Shown one piece after another: positions 22,487-32,474 of a stretch of DNA of 64,000 nt. This stretch comes from Trichormus sp. ATA11-4-KO1. GTDB lineage: Bacteria; Cyanobacteriota; Cyanobacteriia; Cyanobacteriales; Nostocaceae. Under the pieces are notes generated by a model. The model did not search any database, had not been told where the DNA came from, and saw only the letters and a program-made list of their open reading frames with translations. The stretch spans positions 12,783 to 76,782 of the forward strand of contig JAHHIM010000022.1 in assembly GCA_019358915.1 (NCBI GenBank). Direction: 5' to 3'. The translations under genes were made by a program, and so were the position numbers. How positions within the stretch are numbered: position 1 is the stretch's first letter; every line of letters starts with the position of its first letter.

Positions 22487-22625
22487 AAACTCACCAAAAC
22501 TCAATAACTAGTCAGTTTAGCCGAAGAAGCAATGAGCATTGAAATGATACATTAGGGCAAAAGAGGCAGCAGCAGCAAAAATGCTAGTTATTTGTCTTTG
22601 ATTCGCTGCTTTTGGTGAAAGTTCC

Positions 22626-23459
22626 ATGTCACAAGACGATCCCAATTCACAACCCCCTTCCTCCCGTGAACCTGAAGCGAATCAGTCAGTGTCCACTGAT
22701 TCCCGTCAACCACCTTTTTGGAAAGTCAAAATCATCCAAATTCTCCGAGGGATGATTGGAATTTTAGAAACTGCGGTGGTGAAACTGGAGACTGCACCCC
22801 CACCGGGTACTGAAGAAACACCCAGTTTTTGGCAACGTTTGGCAACACAATGGAATAGATTTTTAAGACAAGTCCGTTTGTTTTTACCATCAAATGTATC
22901 TAACAACTTGTCAGATACAGTGTTGACAGGAATTCTCGCGGTAATTACTGTAACTATATTTTGGTCAACTGCAACTGTGTTGACTAAAAAACCAACTGAA
23001 ATAGCAACAGTTACCCCAGTTGAGGAGGTTCCTGTATCGACACCAACTCCCACAATTACTATTCCACCAGAGTTAACAGCACCAGAGCCACAGCCATTAG
23101 AAGAAATTACGCCGGAACCAGAAGCAACACCAACACCGACCATCAAATTGACACCAGAACAAACCTTAATTGCAGCCATTGAAAATCAAGTTGCCGAAAT
23201 TAGCGATCGCTTTGCCTCCGGCTTGATAGAATCCATTCAAGCTAACTTCCGCACTAGCAATCTAACTGTCAAAATTAATGATGATTGGTACAATCTTCCA
23301 GAATCCCAACAAAATCAACTAGCCACAGAAATATTACAACGCTCTCAAGAACTTGATTTCACTCATCTAGAAATTATCGACTCTCAAGACAGGTTGGTAG
23401 CGCGTAATCCAGTTGTTGGTACTGAAATGATTATTTTCAAAAGGCAAACAACAAATTAA
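22626..23459 (+). CDS. Conserved hypothetical membrane protein with Pro/Thr linker
   Basis: 277 aa, one TM segment, PT-rich linker, C-terminal globular domain. Confidence 0.75.
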   Translation: MSQDDPNSQPPSSREPEANQSVSTDSRQPPFWKVKIIQILRGMIGILETAVVKLETAPPPGTEETPSFWQRLATQWNRFLRQVRLFLPSNVSNNLSDTVLTGILAVITVTIFWSTATVLTKKPTEIATVTPVEEVPVSTPTPTITIPPELTAPEPQPLEEITPEPEATPTPTIKLTPEQTLIAAIENQVAEISDRFASGLIESIQANFRTSNLTVKINDDWYNLPESQQNQLATEILQRSQELDFTHLEIIDSQDRLVARNPVVGTEMIIFKRQTTN

Positions 23460-23545
23460 CAGAGGTGATACCGGGGCTACACAGACAAGGCGCGTACACC
23501 TGGTATTGTGAAAACAAACACAGTATCAGAAATCAGCACTCAAAA

Positions 23546-24388
23546 TTACTGTTTAGTATCTCCGCTTGCTAAACTATTAGGACTAATATTGATCAATGGC
23601 AAAGAACCATTACCACTCATGACTGTGGGAAAACGACCATCCCATTTTTCTATTGCTTGCTTTTGTAATAAATCTGGCGTTAAAGTTAGCCGTTGTAATC
23701 TTTGTGCTTCAGCCTGACCTTTAGCCCGATTGATATCTGCTTGGGCTTCTTGAGTCGCTTTCTGAGCAATAAATTCTGCCTGTTTAGCCTCTTGTTCAGC
23801 TATTTGTTTAGATTCAATTGCTCTACTAAACTCTGGAGAAAAGGCGAAATTTACCAGAGAAACATCATCTATAATAATGCCATAAGATGCTAAGCGATTT
23901 TTGAGATTACTGTCAATTTCTTGCTTTAATTCTGTTCTTTTAGTAATGACTTCTTCGGCTGTTTTTTTAGCAGTAGCTGCTTTCAAAACTTCGGATACCG
24001 CAGGGGTAATAATTCCATCAATAATTAGTTTCTCATCTCCAACTTGTTGGAAAATTTTATTTACCTTTAGTGGGTCAATGTGCCAGTTAACTGCAAGTTC
24101 TGTGGTGATTGTTTGGAGGTCTTTAGAAGCCGCATCAGATTTAAAAGTATTTTGCTGAACGCGAACATTGAGTCTTTTAACTGATGTCACAATTGGCATA
24201 ATAGGATGTAGACCTTCGTCTAAAACTTTATCTTGAACTTTGCCAAACTGCATAACTACACCTCGTTCCCCAGCATTAACAACGGCAAAGGGACGGATCA
24301 TCATTGCCAAAATCAAAAAACTTATTCCTCCAGCAATGTAAACTCCGTATTGAAATTTATTATCAAGATTTCTGCTAATATTACGCAT
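23546..24388 (-). CDS. Prohibitin/SPFH (band 7) family protein
   Basis: VNAGERGVV, SKDLQ, AIESKQIAEQEA, AIEKWDG. Confidence 0.94.
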   Translation of the reverse strand: MRNISRNLDNKFQYGVYIAGGISFLILAMMIRPFAVVNAGERGVVMQFGKVQDKVLDEGLHPIMPIVTSVKRLNVRVQQNTFKSDAASKDLQTITTELAVNWHIDPLKVNKIFQQVGDEKLIIDGIITPAVSEVLKAATAKKTAEEVITKRTELKQEIDSNLKNRLASYGIIIDDVSLVNFAFSPEFSRAIESKQIAEQEAKQAEFIAQKATQEAQADINRAKGQAEAQRLQRLTLTPDLLQKQAIEKWDGRFPTVMSGNGSLPLINISPNSLASGDTKQ

Positions 24389-24550
24389 ATTTTTTCAATT
24401 CAATAAAGTGCTATAGTTCATCAATTATTGATACACAAATGAATGTGATTTCCTCAAAGACTACAAAAATTTTAAAATTAGTGTCATCGGTAGATACACT
24501 ATTGCCAATCAAAATTTCGGAAAAGCACACTTTTAATTTTGACTTTGATC

Positions 24551-25225
24551 ATGAAAATTTATCAACATCATCCTTGGTCTTTGACGTTGGCAGAAGCTAT
24601 AAATATCCAAGAAAATTTGCAAAATCAGGTAATTCAATTAGATCAATTTAAACAACCTGTCCAGTACGTTGCTGGGGTAGATATGGGTTTTGAAGCCAAT
24701 GGCACTATTAGTCGTGCAGCAGTAGCAGTGTTGAGTTTTCCCGATTTACAAGTAATAGAAACGACATTAGCACACCGTCCTACTTCGTTTCCGTATATTC
24801 CTGGTTTCCTTTCATTTCGGGAAATACCAGCAGTACTCGACGCGCTAGAAAAAATTAAAATTACACCAGATATCATTTTGTGTGATGGTCAAGGCATCGC
24901 TCATCCTCGAAGATTTGGCATAGCTAGCCATCTAGGAGTAATCTTGGATACACCCACAATTGGTGTAGCAAAATCCTTGTTAATTGGTAAGCATGACGAA
25001 TTGCCAGATACTAAAGGTAACTGGCAACCTCTAATAGATAAAGGTGAAACTATTGGGGCAGTTTTAAGAACACGTAAAGGTGTAAAACCTGTGTATGTCT
25101 CCATCGGTCATAGAATCAGTTTACTTACAGCAATTGACTATGTATTACGCTGCACACCAAAATATCGGCTGCCAGAAACCACACGTGTTGCTGATAAATT
25201 AGCATCTGCCAGATCAAGCAAATGA
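24551..25225 (+). CDS. nfi: Endonuclease V (deoxyinosine 3' endonuclease)
   Basis: AGVD, FPYIPGFLSFRE, DGQGIAHPRRFGIA, RLPETTR. Confidence 0.96.
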   Translation: MKIYQHHPWSLTLAEAINIQENLQNQVIQLDQFKQPVQYVAGVDMGFEANGTISRAAVAVLSFPDLQVIETTLAHRPTSFPYIPGFLSFREIPAVLDALEKIKITPDIILCDGQGIAHPRRFGIASHLGVILDTPTIGVAKSLLIGKHDELPDTKGNWQPLIDKGETIGAVLRTRKGVKPVYVSIGHRISLLTAIDYVLRCTPKYRLPETTRVADKLASARSSK

Positions 25226-25343
25226 TCTCGATATCGTTTTGTTGAAGTTTGTGCTAAATACTTGCTTGCGTCTGCTCAATCGTGTTAGGAATCGCACAGG
25301 AAGAAGTTGAAGTAACTAAATACGAGTTACCTAAGTTAGAACA

Positions 25344-25913
25344 ATGAACGCACTAACTTTACAGTGGCACGATGCAGGCCAAGATAGAATTCAGCATATT
25401 TATGAACAACAGCCAAGTAAAAATCCTGGCAACGTCCGCATCGGTCGCGATCCACTCCGGTGTGACATTGTTCTAAGTAACCCAACTGTATCTGGTTTAC
25501 ATGTGGAAATATTTTTTCACACCCAGCAGCAACGCTTTTATCTCAGAAATCTGCGATCGCCCAATCCTCCCCTCGTAGATGGACAGCAATTAGTCCAGGG
25601 TGAAATGCCTTTAAATGAGGGCAGTATTATCTATTTGGGTCAAATGAAACTCCAAGTTACGAGGATGGCGATCGCTAGTATTCCTGTAACAATTTTGACT
25701 CCACCACAACCACTAATACCCCCACAACAGCCATTAGGACAACAGAAGCATCATCATCTACCCACACCCCCAGCACAGCCACAAGGAGTTTATGGACTAG
25801 AGTGTCCCAAATGTCATAAAGTGTCTCCTGCGGAGAATCTGCAAATTGGCTGTCCTTGGTGTGGGACATCTTTGGCTGCGGCAGTCAGTGTGTTGGTAGC
25901 ACCCAATCATTAA
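25344..25913 (+). CDS. FHA domain protein with C-terminal zinc ribbon
   Basis: IGRDP..VSGLH FHA core; Pro-rich linker; CPKC...CPWC. Confidence 0.88.
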   Translation: MNALTLQWHDAGQDRIQHIYEQQPSKNPGNVRIGRDPLRCDIVLSNPTVSGLHVEIFFHTQQQRFYLRNLRSPNPPLVDGQQLVQGEMPLNEGSIIYLGQMKLQVTRMAIASIPVTILTPPQPLIPPQQPLGQQKHHHLPTPPAQPQGVYGLECPKCHKVSPAENLQIGCPWCGTSLAAAVSVLVAPNH

Positions 25914-25943
25914 GGAGATGAGGGAGATGGGGGAGAATATTTA

Positions 25944-27899
25944 ATGAGTAATCCACAAATTCAATTAAGTTGGGAAGATCCAGCGACGGGGGAACGGCGA
26001 GAACCAACGTTGAGTACGCCTATAGCTTTTGGTCGTGAATTCACCCGTTTACCTGCTGAACTTCAGGGACAGCGCGTTGCGAGAATGCTGCTTAACAGTA
26101 ATGAAGTTTCCCGCTTTCATGCCCTCATTGATTGGGAACAAAACCAGCTAGTAGTAATTGATCAAGGCAGCGTTAACGGTGTATTTATTAACGGTCAACG
26201 ACAAAACCGTGGTGTTTTAGCTAACGGTGATACGTTGCAAATTGGTCCCTACATGATGACGGTGATGTTTGGTGTCAACGCCACTACCCAAGCTACCAGC
26301 CCACCGTCAATGATTCGATTTAACCACAATACTAATAACCCAGACCCTGGCTTGCCACCAGCCCCGCCGATGACACCTTTGGCAAGCAATTTTCCCCCAC
26401 CAGCTTTTCAAGCGGAAACAGTTGTTGTACAAGCACTTCACGCCACAGGCTTACCAGTAGATAAATGTGATTATTTGGCAATTGGGGCGGGATTAGGTAG
26501 TTTTGTTTGGGTTGACTTGTTGCGAATTAGTGGTGTAAGTGCCGACAAAATTGTTGCTTTGGGATTAGAAGCAGAACCATACGCGCGTTACAAGCGCCTT
26601 TGTTTGAATTCGCAAATTCCCTTACATGAAAGACTGCGATCCAATTCCGATTCTTGTCCTGATAATATTTGGGGTTGGCCCAGTTATGCTTTGCGGGAAG
26701 CTTGGCGTGACTTTAGCAAAGGTCAGCTGAATTCGGCATCGCGGTATTTATGGCAAGTGTTTGCTGAACCAACCTTTGCGGAAACTTATACACCCCGTGC
26801 AGGTAATGTCTTCGATTCCATAGACCGGGAAGTGAAGCGCATTGGCTGGAATCAAATTTATCGTTATGGGCGAGTGCGGGCAATTCGCAAAACAGATGAT
26901 GGCAGATATTGTGTAGCTTATTCTCGCGGGCCGGGAAATTATGCTTTTATAGTTAGTCGTTATTTACATTTAGCTACTGGATATCCAGCAATTCAGTTTC
27001 TGCCAGATTTACAAGCTTATAGAGAAAAATATCAAGACTTTAAGTCTGTGGTGAATGCCTATGAAGCACACGACCATATTTATCAGCAACTGGAACAACA
27101 GGGTGGTACAGTGTTAATTCGGGGACGGGGGATAGTTGCGTCGCGAATTATCCAAAGAATTTATGAAGCTAGAAAGCAAAATCGCCAGATTACAGTTTTG
27201 CATTTGATGCGATCGCCTAAACCCCAAGGCAACAAATTCCAAAAAACTCAGCGTTTAGTCAAAAATCATTACGAATTTCAACCCTTTAACTGGCCAAAAG
27301 CCTGCTGGGGTGGTGAACTCCGCGTCATGTTAGAAAAAGCGAGTCCTGATGAACGCCAGCGCTTACTAGCCGATTGGGGTGGCACTACTACAGCCGACCG
27401 TCACGACTGGCAGGATATCACTGAACGAGGGCTAAGTGAAGGCTGGTATCAAATTACCTTCGGTGAAGTGAAAGCTGTAGAACGGGATACTCAAAACCGC
27501 ACTATTACCCATATTCAGGAAAAAGGCTTTGGTGAAATGAAACTGGCCGCAGACTTTATTGTTGATGCTACCGGACTGGATGCCAAGGTGGATGCCAGCC
27601 CTTTACTAGAAGATTTAGTAAAACATTACAATTTGCCTCTAAATCATTTGGGGCGCTTAGTCGTGTCCAACAATTTTGAGTTACCAGAAATGCGGAATGG
27701 CAAAGGTCAGATGTATGCGGCTGGGGCAATTACTTTGGGTGGCCCGTATGCAGCCGTTGATAGTTTCCTCGGTTTGCAGTATTCCGCATTAGTCGCTGTT
27801 GATGGACTCGCCGCCGCTCGTGCGCCCGGAGTTCATCGTTTAAATACTGTCAGTTCTTCTAGGCAGTGGTTGAAGTGGGTATTTAATCAATCACCTTAA
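25944..27899 (+). CDS. FHA domain fused to FAD/NAD(P)H-dependent oxidoreductase
   Basis: FGR..VSRFH..SVNG FHA core; IGAGLG, LATGY, IRGRGIVA and DATG motifs. Confidence 0.85.
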   Translation: MSNPQIQLSWEDPATGERREPTLSTPIAFGREFTRLPAELQGQRVARMLLNSNEVSRFHALIDWEQNQLVVIDQGSVNGVFINGQRQNRGVLANGDTLQIGPYMMTVMFGVNATTQATSPPSMIRFNHNTNNPDPGLPPAPPMTPLASNFPPPAFQAETVVVQALHATGLPVDKCDYLAIGAGLGSFVWVDLLRISGVSADKIVALGLEAEPYARYKRLCLNSQIPLHERLRSNSDSCPDNIWGWPSYALREAWRDFSKGQLNSASRYLWQVFAEPTFAETYTPRAGNVFDSIDREVKRIGWNQIYRYGRVRAIRKTDDGRYCVAYSRGPGNYAFIVSRYLHLATGYPAIQFLPDLQAYREKYQDFKSVVNAYEAHDHIYQQLEQQGGTVLIRGRGIVASRIIQRIYEARKQNRQITVLHLMRSPKPQGNKFQKTQRLVKNHYEFQPFNWPKACWGGELRVMLEKASPDERQRLLADWGGTTTADRHDWQDITERGLSEGWYQITFGEVKAVERDTQNRTITHIQEKGFGEMKLAADFIVDATGLDAKVDASPLLEDLVKHYNLPLNHLGRLVVSNNFELPEMRNGKGQMYAAGAITLGGPYAAVDSFLGLQYSALVAVDGLAAARAPGVHRLNTVSSSRQWLKWVFNQSP

Positions 27900-27910
27900 A
27901 ACTACTTTCT

Positions 27911-28121
27911 GACTCAGCAGCGCTAGGTGCTGCCTCTTTTCCTGCGGAACGCTACGCGAACAGAGAAGCTATGTACCTTGAATGCTCACAAGTTGGCGAA
28001 GCCTTACACCTACGGCACGCTACGCAAAAAGTGGTTTTTCTTTGGGGAAACCACCAAGATCCACCAATGTACTGACTCCACCATGCGGTCAACCGCAGCA
28101 GCGTCCATAACACTCAGCACT
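27911..28121. repeat. Patch of nested small dispersed repeats
   Basis: CCTGCGGAACGCTACGCGAA, CCTACGGCACGCTACGCAAA and TTGGGGAAACCACCAAG, bounded by ACTCAGCA STRR units. Confidence 0.55.
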
Positions 28122-28122
28122 T

Positions 28123-29007
28123 ATGATCCATAATCTTGATAATCCATTCCACAAGCTCAAAGTTAGGAATTTGCTGTTGCAGGGTTCGCTCATCTCGTTG
28201 AGTCTCGGCATGGCATTAGGGTTGGTACAAGGGATTAGCAATTTAACATTCGACAATCAAGTCGTTACCCTGATTCTCTACATTTTCATATTTGGATTGC
28301 TTTGCCTTTGGGTACTGGCAGACTTTCATCGCTTGGGAATTAATCTCCGGTATGTTGTGGGCAGTGTTCCCAGCAACTATGGGTGGTTGCCGATAATAGG
28401 CTTAGTTCTCCTCCTGATCTTGTGTTCACTCAGTGCCTATCTAGTATCATTTTCCCTATTGTCATGGATTGCCCCTTCCTTTGTAGAGGAAGTGATGCGC
28501 CAAGTTGCTAGCAATCCTTCTTTGCAAAATTCAGCACCTTTATTGAATAATTTGCTGAGTGCGATCGCAACTGTAGTGGTCGCACCCATCACAGAGGAAT
28601 TCATCTTTCGCGGGGTGATATTACAGCGCTGGGCTGCCAAATGGGGCATTCACACTGCTTTAATTATTTCTTCGCTGATATTCGGAATTTTACATGCTAA
28701 TTTCTTAGGATTATCTTTGTTCGGAGTTGTGATGGGAGTTTTATACATCAAAACCCGGACATTGATTGTACCTATTGTCTGCCATGCGTTAAATAATTTA
28801 CTAGCAGTAACAGTAGGATTGCTTTCTCATGGGTCACAAACTACTACAAATGTGAACAATTTAGAACAATTGCGTTCTGGTTTGGGGACAGGAGTCATTT
28901 TAATGCTGATATCTCTGCCTTTGTTGATTCGCTTTCTCTGGCAGAATTGGCCTCGCAGGGATGCGCCAGTTCCTTACTTAGTCAACGCTTCCCAAGCAGA
29001 TATGTAA
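28123..29007 (+). CDS. CPBP (CAAX/Abi) family intramembrane metalloprotease
   Basis: APITEEFIFRG, FGILH, HALNN; multiple TM segments. Confidence 0.93.
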   Translation: MIHNLDNPFHKLKVRNLLLQGSLISLSLGMALGLVQGISNLTFDNQVVTLILYIFIFGLLCLWVLADFHRLGINLRYVVGSVPSNYGWLPIIGLVLLLILCSLSAYLVSFSLLSWIAPSFVEEVMRQVASNPSLQNSAPLLNNLLSAIATVVVAPITEEFIFRGVILQRWAAKWGIHTALIISSLIFGILHANFLGLSLFGVVMGVLYIKTRTLIVPIVCHALNNLLAVTVGLLSHGSQTTTNVNNLEQLRSGLGTGVILMLISLPLLIRFLWQNWPRRDAPVPYLVNASQADM

Positions 29008-29096
29008 AGCTTACGGAATTTAAAGACAAGAAAAATACGCTTTAATGGTGTAGAAATGTATAGAATCTTGTAAAGATATAAAATATAGTCTTTAAA

Positions 29097-29369
29097 ATGC
29101 AAACATTCGAGCTTTCTTCCTCAATGCAGCTGTCTGTACCACGAAACAAATGTCAGCCTTTGAAGATTGTCTCACTAGGGGATAGCTTAGTTTACGGATT
29201 TGGCAATCCAGAAAAAGGCGGTTGGGTTGAGCAACTGCGCCGATGGTGGATGTTACCGGATAGTTCTGGTCATGTCCTATATAATTTGGGAGTACGGGGC
29301 GATACCTACGGTAAGCTACGCTAACGCACACAGCAATTAGCGAAAAGGCTATCAGCGAAAAGGCTATCA
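29097..29369 (+). pseudogene. Disrupted and truncated GDSL/SGNH lipase
   Basis: LGDSLVYG block I and NLGVRGD block II; a 21-nt insert with TAA splits a HIP1 site; the frame resumes as RTQQLAKRL and is then lost. Confidence 0.85.
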
Positions 29370-29523
29370 AGCTTTGTTAGAAGATGTAATTAATTGGGAA
29401 CCATTGGCAGCTTATCATTCTCAATATGATTACCATTTGACATCATTACAGAAATAGAATTGCTTTTACCTATTTCCCTGCTTTAGGCGGAAAATATTTT
29501 TTACTCAGCAAGGAAGCATTCAG

Positions 29524-29958
29524 ATGACACCAACTTTATTTGGTCGCTGGCAAACTCGATTATTACTACTTGCAAGTGTAGGCGTATTAGTATCTTTGCC
29601 TTTTGCAATGGGCTTAATTGGCCCTGGTGCTAACTCGGTTTATTTCTGGATACTTGCTTATGTTGCCATCTTTGGCTTAGGTTGGGATGTGCTTTATAAC
29701 TATTTTCAAAACTTTCGCTGGGATAGGGACTGGCCAGCTGCTTATCAATTATTCGCTGGTATGTGGGAATTAGTATTTGTCTTTTGTGGGGTAAAAATTT
29801 TTGGGTTTTTACCAATACCTATACCCAAAGAAGCACTACCAATAGGAGCTTTTTTACTGCACTATAGCTTTGTTTGGCTAGCAGTTTTTACCGCCTCCCA
29901 AAGCCTGATGCGAATTATTTTTCCCCGTTGGCGTTTCCGAGGCGGAGAGTGGTTATAA
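29524..29958 (+). CDS. Hypothetical multi-TM membrane protein
   Basis: 144 aa with about 4 hydrophobic segments; RWDRDWP and FPRWRFRGGEW motifs. Confidence 0.8.
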   Translation: MTPTLFGRWQTRLLLLASVGVLVSLPFAMGLIGPGANSVYFWILAYVAIFGLGWDVLYNYFQNFRWDRDWPAAYQLFAGMWELVFVFCGVKIFGFLPIPIPKEALPIGAFLLHYSFVWLAVFTASQSLMRIIFPRWRFRGGEWL

Positions 29959-30074
29959 TTCTCAAGTCACTCAAGACTACGTTTCTCCTGATTCAATTGA
30001 CTTTTTCGCAGATCAAACTCAAATTTCATATACTCAGACAAATAATCTCAACTAGCAACGCCTAAAAAGAAAAT

Positions 30075-30329
30075 TTAGTGCCGAGATTTTGCCGATTGCG
30101 ATGATCTACGACGGCTGATGTATTGACCGTGAATATTCACAAAATAGGGAACTATGTATGTTAGTCCCGCAGAAATCCAGCGATCGCGGCTCATTTTTCC
30201 TTGCCACACAGCACTTCCATGATTGATGGTAAATAAAATAGAACCAACTATCAAAGCAACTTTTACAGCCGTTGGCACAAATTTTGGTTCAATTAAACTA
30301 GCAAAATATCCTTTAATTAACTTATTCAT
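30075..30329 (-). CDS. nrtS: NrtS-family small nitrate/nitrite transporter
   Basis: 84 aa; PTAVKVALIVGSILFTINHG and LTYIVPYFVNIHG motifs. Confidence 0.8.
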   Translation of the reverse strand: MNKLIKGYFASLIEPKFVPTAVKVALIVGSILFTINHGSAVWQGKMSRDRWISAGLTYIVPYFVNIHGQYISRRRSSQSAKSRH

Positions 30330-30331
30330 TG

Positions 30332-31630
30332 TTACCTAATTTTGGGAGCTTGCAAATAAGCGTAGGGATTTTCTGGGTCAAATTCTAAGCCATTAAAGAA
30401 CTTTTCTACTCCGCGTGAGGTACTAGCTGGAATAGCTGCCTCCTGACCAATTAATTTAGCAGCTTCTCGCCACAAATCTTCACGGTTGACCGCATCAATT
30501 AAGGGTTTTGTCTCAAAATCAGGTGACCGATTACCCCAGCGCATGTCTTCAATTAAAAACCACAGGTCATGACTTTTGAAAGGGTAAGAAGCATTCTCAC
30601 GCCAGTATTTTATTGCATGGGGATTATTTTCTACTACACGCCCATTGCCGTAATCCATTTTACCTAACAAGCGATCGCCAATCAAATCACTTTTCACACC
30701 AATCCACTGGCGTTGTGACATGATCTGAAACAGTTCTGCTTTATTTTCTGGTTGGTCACACCAAATTTGCGCCTCCATGACTGCTGCTAAAATTGCCTTA
30801 GCTGCTTTAGGGTACTTATCCACCCATGTAGCTCTCACTACTAGTGCTTTTTCTGGGTGATTATTCCATAGTTCTCCACTAGTAACAGTCGAATAACCCA
30901 GTCCTTGTTTAATTAGCCGGTGATGCCAAGGATCAACCACACAAAAAGCTTCCATACTTCCACTCCGCATACTTGCCACCATCTGGGGCGGAGGAACCAC
31001 AATCACTGATGTATCTTGATCTGGATCAATACCACCATAAGCCAACCACCAGCGCATGAAAAAATCGCCTGTGACTCGACGATAGGGAACTGCACAACGT
31101 ACAGTTTCTCCGGCTGATGTCTTTTGAGCATAAATTGATTTTAGTGGCGAACTATCTAGACCCAGGTTTAACTCTTTATAGGTATTAGCAACATATATCC
31201 CCTGTCCATTCACATTTAGTCTAGCCAGGATATGCATGGGGATTTTCCGCCCATAGGTAATTTCTCCTGTAGCCATCAAATAAGTCATGGGAAACAGCAG
31301 ATGACCTCCATCCAAACCATCGTCAGCAGCACCTAACATCAGTTTGTCGCGCATGACAGCCCACGAAGGCTGCTTGACAACCCGGACATCAGGCATCCCA
31401 TACTTAGCAAAAAATCCCTTAACTTTGGCAATAATTAAAGGACAGCAACTCGTTACGGGCACAAAGCCTAGGGTTGCGGTGGTTATTTCAGGTGTATCTG
31501 TATGCGCAACATAAACACTTTGGCTTAACTGATTGGTAGCAACCTTAAAAGTTAATTGATGGGCGCAACTGTGAGTTAATGCAGCTGCGCCAGCAGTGGC
31601 TAGAAATTGTCGTCTGTCAAGTTTTGCCAT
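30332..31630 (-). CDS. CmpA/NrtA-family ABC substrate-binding protein (Tat signal)
   Basis: DRRQFL signal, LNVNGQG, PPPQMVA, HPEK, YPFKSHDLWF. Confidence 0.9.
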   Translation of the reverse strand: MAKLDRRQFLATAGAAALTHSCAHQLTFKVATNQLSQSVYVAHTDTPEITTATLGFVPVTSCCPLIIAKVKGFFAKYGMPDVRVVKQPSWAVMRDKLMLGAADDGLDGGHLLFPMTYLMATGEITYGRKIPMHILARLNVNGQGIYVANTYKELNLGLDSSPLKSIYAQKTSAGETVRCAVPYRRVTGDFFMRWWLAYGGIDPDQDTSVIVVPPPQMVASMRSGSMEAFCVVDPWHHRLIKQGLGYSTVTSGELWNNHPEKALVVRATWVDKYPKAAKAILAAVMEAQIWCDQPENKAELFQIMSQRQWIGVKSDLIGDRLLGKMDYGNGRVVENNPHAIKYWRENASYPFKSHDLWFLIEDMRWGNRSPDFETKPLIDAVNREDLWREAAKLIGQEAAIPASTSRGVEKFFNGLEFDPENPYAYLQAPKIR

Positions 31631-31639
31631 ATCATTACC

Positions 31640-32434
31640 CTAAATTGTTAGGCGTTTAGCTTGTTCTTGGTTGTGCAAGAACTGCATCAGTTCGTGGCGT
31701 AGGTGATGATATTCGGAGCAATCCTTAATTTCTAAAGAACGAGGATGTCCAAAGGGTATATCCAAAATTTGACCAACGGTTGCAGCAGGCCCATTTTTCA
31801 ACATGACCACTTGATCAGACAGTAATAGCGCTTCATCTACATCATGAGTCACCATAATTGTTGTGATGTGGTAGATATCGCAGATACGCATTAACTCTAC
31901 TTGCAAAGATCCCCGAGTCAAGGCATCTAATGCACCAAATGGCTCATCTAGTAACAATAATTTTGGCTGAATTGCTAAAGCCCGCGCTAAAGCTACTCGC
32001 TGTTTCATCCCTCCAGAAAGTTGTCCTGGTTTTTTATGTGCTGCATCCTTTAAACCAACCATTTCTAAATGAGAGGCAATAATTTGATGACGCTCATTTT
32101 GAGACTTGTGAGGCATGGCTTTATCAACAAACAGAGCGACATTATCCCAAGCAGTTAGCCAAGGTAACAGAGAATAATTCTGAAATACTACCATGCGATC
32201 GCGATCGGGTCTTTTTACCAATTGACCATCAACTTGCACCTGACCTCGTGTAGGTTTTTCCAAACCTGCCACTATATTCAGTAATGTAGACTTGCCACAA
32301 CCAGAATGACCAATTAGGGAGACAAAACATCCCTGTCTAATTTCTAAATTTATGTCTTTGAGAACAATATTTCGATTGCCATTTTTAAAAGTAAATTCTT
32401 TTTCGATGCCCCTGATTTCGACAAAGATAGACAC
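31640..32434 (-). CDS. NrtD-like ABC ATP-binding protein
   Basis: GHSGCGKST, VFQNYSLLPW, LSGGMKQR, DEPFGALD. Confidence 0.93.
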   Translation of the reverse strand: MSIFVEIRGIEKEFTFKNGNRNIVLKDINLEIRQGCFVSLIGHSGCGKSTLLNIVAGLEKPTRGQVQVDGQLVKRPDRDRMVVFQNYSLLPWLTAWDNVALFVDKAMPHKSQNERHQIIASHLEMVGLKDAAHKKPGQLSGGMKQRVALARALAIQPKLLLLDEPFGALDALTRGSLQVELMRICDIYHITTIMVTHDVDEALLLSDQVVMLKNGPAATVGQILDIPFGHPRSLEIKDCSEYHHLRHELMQFLHNQEQAKRLTI

Positions 32435-32474
32435 ATTATTTCCTTTATTTCTGAAGTGGATGCTTTAGAAAAAA

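Noticed and set aside
27927..28133. 68-aa ORF
   Set aside because: Made of nested repeat units, so probably spurious.
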